Assembly (NCBI GenBank): GCA_020891255.1
Contig: BQFW01000008.1
Span: 1,674,001-1,738,000, forward strand
Length of the DNA: 64,000 nucleotides
Direction: 5' to 3'
Source of the DNA: Entomortierella parvispora E1425
Taxonomy: Eukaryota > Fungi > Mortierellomycota
Shown: positions 34,801 to 45,045 of the stretch, one piece after another
Position numbering within the stretch: position 1 is the stretch's first letter
Layout of the letters: each line of letters opens with the position of its first letter
Program-made: the position numbers and the translations under genes
The notes under the pieces: model-generated
Told to the model about the DNA's origin: nothing
Seen by the model: only the letters and a program-made list of their open reading frames with translations
The model's database searches: none

Positions 34801-37009
34801 CCCCAAGTCGGATTCACGGATGGTTTTTTTGCATTAACGGAGCGCCAGCTGGTGAGCTGCATCTTGAAAGGCATCCGAGTGGCTAATCCGATGTATCGCA
34901 CCCTCAACAATGTGTTCGGGAATAAGGGAGGGGCGGAAAAAAACACACAGGACGAGGTCGGGAGATTGTCTTTTTTCCTCTTCCTCAACGGCCGCAACAC
35001 ATGTTATCGACGAGGGACCAACGTACTTTGGGCCAAAGACTACTCAGGCACTTCGTCCTCGAACCCTCTACCGACTTTACAGCAGTTACCGCTCCGAGAT
35101 ATGATGTTCTTCAAGTCTGACGCAATTGCAGAATTCGAGCAAGCTTCCGAGGGTTTGGGTACCAACGCCAACGCTCCTGGGTATGAAGACCGCAAAAAAA
35201 TACTCAAGGATGTTATTGGTAAAGGGATCCATAGCCCAGAGCATTATCAGCACCTGATTGACATTGCGGCTCCCAAAGTCAAGCGGCCAAAATACGTCCT
35301 CACTGGAGACATATCCACCAACGGCTACGACCTGCGTGTTATGGCGTACAAGTTGACTGAGAAGAAGCGTAGAGCTCTGCCAGCGGCTTCTTCTACTCCG
35401 AACGTTGCTGACCCTGCCACCTCGTCTCTGTTGGCAATTGAAGTCGGTGCGAATGCCTCTAGCGAATTGTTCACCGATCCTGACCTCATCTCAAGAACAC
35501 CTGCTCTGGATCTACCTCCATCCGTGGAAGGGCAGTCATCGAGCGAAATGCTGCCGTCCGTGTCAATGCCAGATGTCACTTCAACGGCTGCGCCTGCCTG
35601 GTCAACAGCCCCTTCCCTTGAAGGGTGGCCATACGTTGCAGAAGCGTTCAACTCCCAAGAGAAAATCAACAAGCTCTACCGAGACAATGCTGGACCTCAG
35701 ACCGGTATCCGGGTCCTCTGTCTAGACCCCGGGGTTGCATGTACAGCCACGGGCACACTTGTCCACTCCAATTATCCAGAAGTCGCCATCAACCTGACTA
35801 TCCCTCGCGGCTCCCGAGATATCATCGACAATAGGTATCGAAAGGAACAGAGTGCTCGTAAGATTAAGGAGGGTATTCCGGATATCGAGGCAAGGCTAGT
35901 GGCATTGAAGCCTGTTGAGGCGAGGCTGGTGCTTGTTAAGCCTACTGACGTCAAGACAACCGATCCCAACAACTTGGACCAAGGTATGAAGGACGTGCCA
36001 GTTGCTGCCAGTGTGAAGAAGGACACAGATTCCTTGAACACAGCGATGAAAGCAGCGGTGCATGAATATGAAGAAACTGTCAAAGCCCATATCATCAGCC
36101 AAGCAAAGGAGTCCTCCGCCCTCCGCAACTTCTACGGTACCAAGAAGTTCAAGAGGGACAAGTACGACTACCGAGAAGCCATTCGCCATGATCTCGACAA
36201 GTCCTCGACGGCTATTCTCAATATGAGACACTGCGTTCCTCATCCCCAAGCAACAGATGCCGATCTGTTGTCTATAATCTCTGCTGTGCAAGAGGATTTC
36301 GAAGGAGCCAGGCATACAGTCTCAAAGCTTCCGAGGGGCAAGCAGTTCGACTGGAGCTCATATTCTAGAGTCATGGATAATGCAGGCCGGTTGCAGGGGG
36401 ATGAACGCAGCACGTTCTTGGCATCCGCTAACGCCACTAAGGATCTAGTCAAAACAGCGCAGTCCTTGTACAAGGTTGGCTACATGAGCAAGAATCAACT
36501 CTCGGATGAGGCTCGTCGAGAGTTCCTAGAATCACCACTCATTATCGGAGTTGGCGACGGCGACTATCGCAAGTGGAGGGGGCAGAGTCGGGGATGCGGA
36601 CAATTGATAAAAAACTTGATCAGACAGGTAAATAAGTGTTGTCGCTCTTGTGTTGTGTAAAACTGTAATGTCGATTCTAACCAAAAAGTTTCTATGGTAT
36701 GATTAGAAGCGGGACCTCGTGAAGGATCTTGCCAGGGGCAACACGAAGTCTCCTGTTATCGAACTGGTCAAAATTCCCGAATTCAGGACCTCAGTCTTTT
36801 GCTGCTCGTGTTTATTCCGCGGAAAAGAGGAAGGCCGATCCATCATTTGTAAAGAGTGCGACAAGAGTCGCGATCGAGACCATAATTCCGCAACCAACAT
36901 GTCGAACGCAGTGCTTAACTTACTACGCGGAGAAGAGTGGCCTGCTCCACTTGATTTTGCAAAAGCAAAGTTCGTCGACAAGTTTTCAACAACGACGCTT
37001 GAAGTATGA
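31879..37009 (+). CDS. About 1,590-1,600 aa XPG/FEN-type PIN domain fused to Fanzor/TnpB-like RuvC-Zn ribbon nuclease; exons 31879-33212, 33295(or 33313)-33417, 33494-34547, 34645-36627, 36707-37009
   Basis: Four GT-AG introns join in phase into one ORF (4797 nt using the 33295 acceptor). PIN motifs: MGV start, HIDGS, YDG, GQFD, TTDSDLL, NDY. Fanzor/TnpB motifs: ISTNG, RuvC-I VLCLDPG, IGVGDG, PEFRTS, CCSC...CKEC, RuvC-III RDRDHNSATNM. Confidence 0.88.
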
Positions 37010-37140
37010 CTTCAAGCCTGGGTATCCCCCTTACGGTGTAAGTCTACAAGCCATTCTGCAAAATCAGTCTTTAATTTCTGTTTACTAATTAAGGGTGACT
37101 TTTGTTGCGACTACATGTAGGTGACAGACACTGTATGCAT
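36970..37140 (+). ncRNA. Candidate Fanzor omega RNA (guide scaffold) at and after the 3' end of the nuclease ORF
   Basis: Stem-loops: GCTTGAAGT-ATG-ACTTCAAGC (36997-37017), GGG-TAT-CCC (37020-37028), CTTAC-GGT-GTAAG (37030-37042), ACAG-ACA-CTGT (37124-37134). The position matches known TnpB/Fanzor omega RNA loci. There is no expression evidence. Confidence 0.4.
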
Positions 37141-37211
37141 GCACCTTTCTCATTTTCATTCCTTTTCCGTGATAAACCACAAGCAGGACAAGCGTCGACT
37201 GTAGTTGCACA

Positions 37212-38507
37212 ATGAGGATCTTTAGAGTGGTCGAGCAATTCAACCCGGTCTTTTCTTCATTCAAGTCCGTGGTTGGCATGTCGACCGGTTATAGCACCAA
37301 CCCGCATTCACTCGCACAACGATCTCGCTCATTCAACTCGTCGGTTCCTCGAAATAGGCCCATCCAACTGCCTACTCGATATTCTGGAGCTACTGTCTCA
37401 ACTCACGAGCTGAAGCTTCGATATAAACAGCATGCGAGATCGCTGCTCGTACCGGCGCGTAAGCACTACGATCAATGTCCTCGCGGTATGAGGGCGATCT
37501 CGACCGAAACCGACAGAAGACGAGACTCGACCCTGAAGTATTCTGGAGAAAACGACAGCGATCCCGGATCACCACAAGAGTACAAGCTGCGTGTTGGAAC
37601 CGGTACGGCGTCATTTACGAGATATTTCGGTGCCACCCGCTTCTTTGCTGTTGATACAAACTCACCCTTTTTTTTGAACTTACCAAAACCCAATTTTCTT
37701 GTAGCCATTAGGACATTACGCGAGGAACTTCCTCAGTTCTTCCAACATGGCCTTTGCAACACGTCAATATATGCACCCAATATTCGATTGATCGAAGCCA
37801 GCCACACCAACGTTTCATTGCAGGGCAAAACAGTTTACTTTTTGCTAGCTGGCGCTGTGCGCTGGAGCTTCAAAATGTGGTTCAGGGATATCGAATTTGA
37901 GATTCAGTCCATTCGAGTACAAGATCGTGGGGGGAGAGGACTTCGAGGTATGGATTCTGGAGGCGATTCAAATGATGCGGGAGGCGCCACCGCAAACTCG
38001 AGTTCACCGCTGTTTGCTAGCGATAATGCAGGCAAGGGTCTTGGTTCCCAGAACCAATCGGATCATGTCATAGGCATTGCGAGCAATTGGAGCGGCAACC
38101 ACCCACGCGGAAGCTTTGTCAGATTAGATGACAGTATCCCAAGTTCAGTCGGAGGCTCGAATGGCGATCAAGACCCCAATCAATCGTCCTTGCCATCTAC
38201 AACGGTGACAGTACGTTGGACTATGAAGGGCACAACCCGACCTTCGGTCGTTTTGACAACGTCCGGACCAACATCACCCCCTCCTTCATCATACGCAGGC
38301 GTATTTGTATACCAGTTCAATGACTATGGAATGATTGATGAACACCGGATTGAAAACATCATGCCGTCCCCTAGTCCAGAGGCGATCCAGCGGGCTTTTG
38401 CATGGTGGGGCTGGCTACTAAGCCGCACACGTCCTACAGCGGCGGCAGCTACAGGGGAAGAGGGGATTCGCAAGCGACTTGGCCTTGGGTGCATCTCCAA
38501 CAAGTAA
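37212..38507 (+). CDS. Hypothetical protein, C6orf136/DUF2358-like (probable intron approx 37602-37702)
   Basis: AIRTLREELPQFF...SIYAPNIRL...GKTVYFLLAGAVRWSFKMWFRDIEFEI and VRWTMKG...YAGVFVYQFND.G.I.EHRIENI fit a SnoaL-like DUF2358 pattern. Confidence 0.6.
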   Translation: MRIFRVVEQFNPVFSSFKSVVGMSTGYSTNPHSLAQRSRSFNSSVPRNRPIQLPTRYSGATVSTHELKLRYKQHARSLLVPARKHYDQCPRGMRAISTETDRRRDSTLKYSGENDSDPGSPQEYKLRVGTGTASFTRYFGATRFFAVDTNSPFFLNLPKPNFLVAIRTLREELPQFFQHGLCNTSIYAPNIRLIEASHTNVSLQGKTVYFLLAGAVRWSFKMWFRDIEFEIQSIRVQDRGGRGLRGMDSGGDSNDAGGATANSSSPLFASDNAGKGLGSQNQSDHVIGIASNWSGNHPRGSFVRLDDSIPSSVGGSNGDQDPNQSSLPSTTVTVRWTMKGTTRPSVVLTTSGPTSPPPSSYAGVFVYQFNDYGMIDEHRIENIMPSPSPEAIQRAFAWWGWLLSRTRPTAAAATGEEGIRKRLGLGCISNK

Positions 38508-38823
38508 TTAATAAAGCATTGCATTGTCGTCCAAGTGAGAGCATGTGGAATGTGCACAAGAAACCGCGTAACGGTCGCGTTTGCTAAATTGCTGTTGTGT
38601 TTCAGAGCCTTGTGGATGAGCTGAACGAGAAACAAAGATGCAGGGACTGGAATGGGACGCGATTCTTTTTCTTTTTGTAACGTGTCTGTGAAGACATCTG
38701 TGTTTCTTCTTTCTCATTTTCTTTTTCCTCTTTTCCTCCCCTCTCCCACCTTCCAACCCAATATATCCTTTTACCGAAGATCTCTCTCCATCCTTAAGCT
38801 TCAATACCTACTGTCAGTCGCCA

Positions 38824-40644
38824 ATGTCGCCACCAAACTCCGTCGCCCTCAATTCGGATAACGTTCTTCGTCAGCGGACCCAAGAAGACCTGGCACTTTC
38901 AAAGGCCCTCCATGGCTATTCCTGGGAGAAGCTAGCCATCAAAACTCGTTCTTGTAAAAGCTTAACAAGAAAGACAAGGAGTTTCAGCCACAGTCGTCAA
39001 CAACAATCTCGACAACTGGAAGGAGGAAGTGCCAAAGAACGAGACAGAGGAAGCGCGAGCAGAGAGGGCCAGTTCTTACAAAGCCGCCGCCCATTCTTTT
39101 TACGACCTCGCTACGAACTTTTATGAGGTGCGTTAGGGATTGGGTGATGGGGAATTGTCGCCTTGTTTGGACTGGCTTGATGTCATCCAATGTCATTCTT
39201 TGGTCTATGAAGGGTGGGCATCGACCTTTGACGGAAGTTTTGGTGTGGGGGGAAAGTGAGTTTTTTTGACGACGCAAAGCAGGGTAAGCAAGATGTTTTG
39301 AATCTCAGAGGGGCTTCTTCACAACCGCCTGGTTAGGTGATGCTTTTGTTGTTACATTTCCTACCCTCTTTTTTTTGAGGAGCAAAGGTGTCCAAAGAGG
39401 CTTCAGGAGGCGGGGTAATGCAAGGTAGAACTGGACACATACGGGAACAGAACGCGAACAGAACGCGTCGATCGACCCCAGCCCCACCCGCATGGAATCA
39501 GGAGACTCCTGAACATGCTCCTTTCCAATGTCAGCAACAACAACAACAATAACAAACAGCGAGCGGCAGTGGCAGGCCGGAAATGAGAGGTCTATGCCAC
39601 TGCAACCAAGAAGGGATGGAGGGAATGGATATGGCAAGACAAGCAAAGGGACGATGATTAGCTGTGCTGATCTCGAAAAGAGGTTTCCGGGCCTCCCCCT
39701 CTCCATTTCTGTTGACTTGCCGAGAGTTTAGACAGATAGCCATTTTGCCTGAAAGGACTGATCTTAACTTATGGATCTTCTTTATTGGTATGCGTGGGTA
39801 CCTCATTTCGCTTTTGCAGATTCCGTCCTGGCGAGCCCTTCCGCCAGGCCATTGCCAGACTTGGCCGGCAAATATGGGCATTCAGTCCCATCACTGTGTC
39901 CCCGACATTGGCTGTCGTGTCGGAGGCCCTGCCTGTGAGATTGGGCACTTCACAGGCGCTCACATCATTGGTTTGAACAACAACGATTACCAGATCAACC
40001 GTGCTGGACGATGCGCAATCTCTGCGGGATTACAGCATCGTTCTGAATTCGTCAAAGGCGATTTCATGAACGTGCCCTTGGAAGAAAGTACGTTTGATGC
40101 CTGCTACGTCATCGAGGCCACAGTACACGCTTCGAATCTGGAAGGTACTTAAGGAGAAGCATTCAGAATCTTGAAGCCCGAAAGTGTTTTTGGCTGTTAA
40201 GAGTGGCTCATGACGGGCAAGTATGACCCTACAAGCCCTCAACATCTCCGGATCGTCCGCGGTTTGGACCTTGGAAATGGTGTCGTCAAAATGGTCACCA
40301 TTGCTGATTGTCTCCAGGCCCTCCGTGCTGTCGGGTTTGAAGTCGAGACGGCCAAGGATATGGGTGCAACCGACGACCAGATCAAATGATATGACCCTCT
40401 CCAAGGCGACATCCGTCAGGCAAATGCCTTCTGGGATTATTTGACCGTCCTCAGGACCACGACCGCTGGACGGGCTGCCACTACATTTATGGTCAAGACC
40501 CTCGAGACGTTGGGTCTTGTCGCTGCCGGAAGCGCCAAGGTCTCGGGAATCTTGCAAACTGCTGCCGACTCTGTCCTGGAGGGCGCCGAGCTGGGAAGCT
40601 TTACTCCCATGTACTTTTTTGTTGCAAGAAAGCCAGCGGCCTAA
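38824..40644 (+). pseudogene. ERG6: Sterol 24-C-methyltransferase pseudogene
   Basis: Recognisable SMT segments: SKALHG, FYDLATNFYE, FCRFRPGEPFRQAIAR, DIGCRVGGPA, IGLNNNDYQI, FVKGDFM, IEATVHA, EWLMT, FTPMYFFVARKP. These are broken by stops at 38955, 40150, 40198 and 40387, several frameshifts and a non-AG acceptor near 39787. Confidence 0.88.
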
Positions 40645-41090
40645 CGAAAAAAAAGAAAGATGTTTGATTTTCTTTTTATTTGGCTCACCTTGTGTCCACT
40701 CTCTCGCATGTTCTGACCGCTCTTGCATGCATGCATGCATGGCACAGCATCGAGCGTTGGAGCTACTTTCTTTTTCAGTTTTTCTCTACAAGTTCAATCC
40801 CTACTCTAATACTTTAATCATCTTCCCAGCTGGGCAGAAATGAGCAGTTTTCTCTTCTCTTTTCGCGCCCTTCGGTTCTTCAAATCCATCCTCTTGTGTG
40901 CCCATGGTAGCGTCGCGCCGTTGAATGTATTCACATCCCATCAACCAGTCAAAATAGATCTTTTTTCAATAATGAGCAATGTTCTCGGAAAACCGTTGAG
41001 GGAAATCTGCAACGGGAGGACAAAGTGAGCAGACGAGACATGGTAAGAAGAAACCGTTTATTGCGATCACAAAAACATGGGAAAAAGAGT

Positions 41091-41889
41091 CTATTTGCTC
41101 TTCTTGTGCTTGGTGCCAGCAGCCTCGGCAGCCAAGGAAGCCTTCATGGCGCGGTAGATGGTCTTGATCGAGTTGTGGAGAAGGATCAAGGGAACAATCA
41201 TCCAGAAGATGTTCATGAAGCCAAAGTAAAAGTAGTAGTAGTAAGGGTGGGGGTCGCAGTGGGGGGATCCCTCAACCATGGTGGTCAAGTAGTAGAGGAC
41301 GCATCCATAGAACTGGCCCAAAGAGACGATCAATTGGGTGATGTGACGGCCGGGCTTGTTGTTGTACATGGCCCAGGCGGTGTAGAACGACAAGGGACCC
41401 CAGGCAAACTATTTTACAAACAAGGGAAACTTCTGTGAGCATGGACGTCCATTTGGACCTCTGATACTCACTTTTCGCTTTTTTTTCTTCAATAATCCAA
41501 TGACTTACAGCGGTGATGTTCTCCATGATCAAGATGAAAGAGTCGTTGGAGAGGTATCTGGAGTCACTAAGGGAGTACTCCTTCCAGATTTGACCAAAGA
41601 CGGTTTGGTCGGCAGCGATGTTCGCGTGGTTAATACCCCAGTAACCCTCGAGGAAGAAGTGAATGAAGCCGCACATGGTGAACCAGAGGAATGTAGATTG
41701 GCTGGCGAAGCCCTTGAGAGTCGAATGACGCTTGCCATGGGCCAAGACCAAGGCTCCGACAGTGATGACACCAAAGGTGGAGAAGAGGATCGTCAAAGTC
41801 TCCTTCATCGAGTTGGTGTTGGGCACATAGTTGTCGAGGACCAAGTCCAAGGGGTAGTAGGGATGGGGCACTCTAGTGGCAGCGGTCAT
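41091..41889 (-). CDS. EBP: Emopamil-binding protein / 3-beta-hydroxysteroid Delta8-Delta7 isomerase (2 exons; intron approx 41401-41510)
   Basis: PHPYYPLDL, WFTMCGFIHFFLEGYW, QIWKEYSLSDSRYL, MENITA, LIVSLGQFYGCVLYY and YFGFMNIFWMIVP. Confidence 0.95.
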
Positions 41890-42371
41890 GGTGAGATGAG
41901 AGGAATGAGGGGAGGGGTGAAGGAAGGGAGAGAGAGAGAGAGAGAGAAAGAAAGAAAGAGAGAAAGAGAAGGAAGGTCAAGAAGGAAAGCCAAGGGCTGT
42001 CGAGAGTCCAAGTTTCGCACAGGTCCCACGCACGTCTGTTCTGTCTGCTCTAGTGCACCGATCGGGCGATCCTTGCGGAGTGGCTTTGAGCGAATGGCGC
42101 GGAATCAGGCCATTTTTTTCGATTTCTTTGGATTCTTTTTTTTTCTGTTGGCGAACTTCAAGCCTGTATTTCGACCTTGTCAATCCTCGGTATCTCTCTC
42201 TCTCTCTCTCCGTCTCTCCGTCTCCGTTCCCTCCTCTCTCTTCACTTTGTATCTTCTCTATTGGTCTGGGTGCTGGAGCGCTTGGCGCCTCAGAGTGTAT
42301 TTTTTATTATTGACATTTTATTGTACTGTACATGGAGATGGTTGGTCTAGAGTTGTCGGTTGACGTCTCCT

Positions 42372-43109
42372 TCATACCGGCAGGTTTTGCACGCGGTCAG
42401 ACTCTGTCGTCGCGGCTGTTCTCTCCGAAATCCGTGGTAGAGATAGGGGTTCCTCATTGGAGAAGAGATACGCCACAATGTCCTTGAAATGCAATTGGAA
42501 AACAAAAATCTCCTCTTCCCTCAACTCTTCATAGTCATCGCCCAGTATATCTTCGTCGTCATCCGAACTGCTTGACTCGCCCTGACTTGATTCGGAACCT
42601 GATTCATTTCCTGGATTGTGGTTGTCACTGCTCGTTCGCCTCCGATTCCGCCTATTCCTGCGCTCGCCAGAAGACCGCTGTGTACCCCCATTGTTCTCTA
42701 AACTGTATCGAGTTTCCTCATGGTCTTCATAATATCCAGTGGGCGACGATCCCGCATCAGGTTCTGGGGGATCCAGGGCATGGTGAGTTGGGGTATATTC
42801 GAATAGCGTGGAAGAAGATCCTGCCTCAGGGGAAGGAGATGAAGGTCCTGCTCGCGTGCTCGTTGACCCGCTTGCGGGCAACGTGGCATCTTCAGAAGAG
42901 GAGGCCAAAGACTGCGTTTGAGGACGGACCTCCGAGTTACTTCTTGCTGTCGCTGAGCTATTTCCTGCCGAGGTGGAGGCTGGTGTCGTTGTCTGTGATG
43001 CTTGTCGTCGTCTATCGCGAGTCGTGACTCTTCCACTGTTTGCAGACTTGAACAACATGGATACGACGAGGGCTTGCAAAATCTGTAGACTACAGATGAT
43101 GATATCCAA
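42372..43109 (-). CDS. Hypothetical Ser/Asp/Glu-rich low-complexity protein
   Basis: 245-codon open frame with a disordered, acidic composition. No family was recognised. Confidence 0.35.
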   Translation of the reverse strand: MDIIICSLQILQALVVSMLFKSANSGRVTTRDRRRQASQTTTPASTSAGNSSATARSNSEVRPQTQSLASSSEDATLPASGSTSTRAGPSSPSPEAGSSSTLFEYTPTHHALDPPEPDAGSSPTGYYEDHEETRYSLENNGGTQRSSGERRNRRNRRRTSSDNHNPGNESGSESSQGESSSSDDDEDILGDDYEELREEEIFVFQLHFKDIVAYLFSNEEPLSLPRISERTAATTESDRVQNLPV

Positions 43110-43924
43110 AATGACCAGTTTTGTTCGACTAGGTGGCGATACTAAAGGATGTTTTCATTAGAATAAAAACGCTGTAACCCATCCTCAGAGGGCATCGCAA
43201 TCCGTGCACGCCCTCCATCCAGATCCAAAAGACGTACCATTGCCAATAAAGTCAATGATAATGGCATACTTGCTCGGGACGTGTAGATGTCTAATAAATG
43301 CCAACAGACTGGTGGCAAAGATCGCGTATACTGCTATCCGCAAGGTTGTATCCTTTGATTTCACAGATAGCAGTTGCTAATTTGATACGGATGTTCACTT
43401 GTTAAGCACTGTTCTTCTGACGAAATCACTTTGACCATGGGGCTCCCATGAAACATGCATCAGCAACTTACATCCTGGACTAGACATCGCAAGAGAAGAC
43501 CAAAAGTGCTGGTGTCCAAGAGGTAAGAGTAGACAAAGAGTGCATAGAGCAAACCCTCTATGGACTTGTGGGCGTCCTTTCTGTAGTAGATGCTAGACAT
43601 TGTCTGATGTCCACTTGTTGACAGTCGGGGCGTACTTTGAGTTAGTCCCTAATCCAGGTCCTGCCAAGAGAGAGCGAATTCCTTCGAAGTTTTGCGATTG
43701 ACTTCCAGTGAGCGAATGATGCCCAAGGTGATGCTTGTTGGGGAAGAAACAACGATGCGTTTTGCCACGAAGTGCATTGCACTCTGTGACGTGGTTTGTG
43801 GGAGGGAGGCGAGGGAAGGCGAAGTCCACAATCGCCTCTTTGCATTCACTTTTCGTCCGCAGTCCATCCCCCTTCTTCCTCCCTCAACTCTCTCCTTCCG
43901 CTCACTCTCGCAGATTCGCCCATC

Positions 43925-45045
43925 ATGATCAAGATCTGGTCTATGAAAAAAGACAATGCCACTGTCGACAAGAAGAAGCCCAAAGTCAGCGCTGCCCAGA
44001 TTCGTGTTCAAAAAGGTTCGTCTCGGACATGGCCCCCCATGGACAGGAGGAAGAGGGCAGCATCAGGCGCTTTGCGGACAAATACGAGCAATCCCGCCGA
44101 CAGAGTTGTCCCTATCTCTAGACATGATAACCTGTCGATTCACAAACCACAGACACTCTTATTAGCATACTCATATATCTATGTTCTTTTTTACTGTGAT
44201 GCCTCTTGAATGTAGATTTGGGTGAGCTGGACTTGCCAAAGACCATGAAGATGACCTTCCCCAACCCCGAGGACTTGCTCAACTTTGAGCTTGAGATTTC
44301 GCCTGATGAAGGTAATGCAGCTGGGACTCGTACTCGTTAGTAGAATGACCGGAAGTCCAGAACTGGTACCATGGAACATCAAGGAACAGGACGGATGCTC
44401 TTTTTGTGTCTCTGGACATTGTCACGAGTCTGTGGTTTGCAGGTCGCGTGGTGATGGAGAGCCAATCCAGGAGATTCTCTTTTTCAATGACACTTTGTTG
44501 CTAGCAGGCTTTCGATGGACAGAGCCGGAATACTTTTCTCATAGGGTCGCTAAAAGCACTGGAGCATTTTACTGACCTTACAAATCCATTGATTCCTCGA
44601 CCTATAGCTTTCTACGCTGGTGGAACCTTCAAGTTCTCGTTCGCTGTCAATGGAAACTACCCTCACGACCCACCAAAGGTCAAATGCTTGCAAAAGGTGC
44701 GCCTATCTTGGGATCTGTAAGGGTACAAAGAGTTCAGTACCTGGTTTGATCTTGTACTCATGAGCTCGCCTTTTCTTCTAGATCTACCACCCCAACATTC
44801 AAGCCGATGGTAACATCTGCCTAAACATTTTGCGCGAGGACTGGAAGCCAGTGTTGACTCTAAACTCGGTCATGGTCGGGCTCCAATACTTGCTTCTGGA
44901 GCCCAATGCTGACGATCCGTTGAATAAGGAGGCTGCTGAGGACTTGCGAAACAACAGACGCAACTTTGAGTCCAATGTCCATAAGAGTATTCGTGGCGGA
45001 TCCGTCAACGGTGTCCAATACGACAATGTCATGAGCCACAAGTAA
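43925..45045 (+). CDS. UBC12: NEDD8-conjugating enzyme E2 (4 exons)
   Basis: [48 protein letters not shown] and IYHPNI...[15 protein letters not shown]. Confidence 0.95.

Noticed and set aside
31548-37097. piggyBac (TTAA) or Helitron identity for the Fanzor locus
   Set aside because: There is no TTAA-CCC...GGG-TTAA inverted arrangement, no hairpin-plus-CTRR 3' end at the right spacing, and no transposase or RepHel ORF.
38824-39126. Independent 100-aa ORF
   Set aside because: It is the frameshifted first exon of the ERG6 pseudogene.
40030-40740. 236-aa minus-strand ORF over the ERG6 pseudogene
   Set aside because: Antisense shadow; the recognisable homology is on the plus strand.
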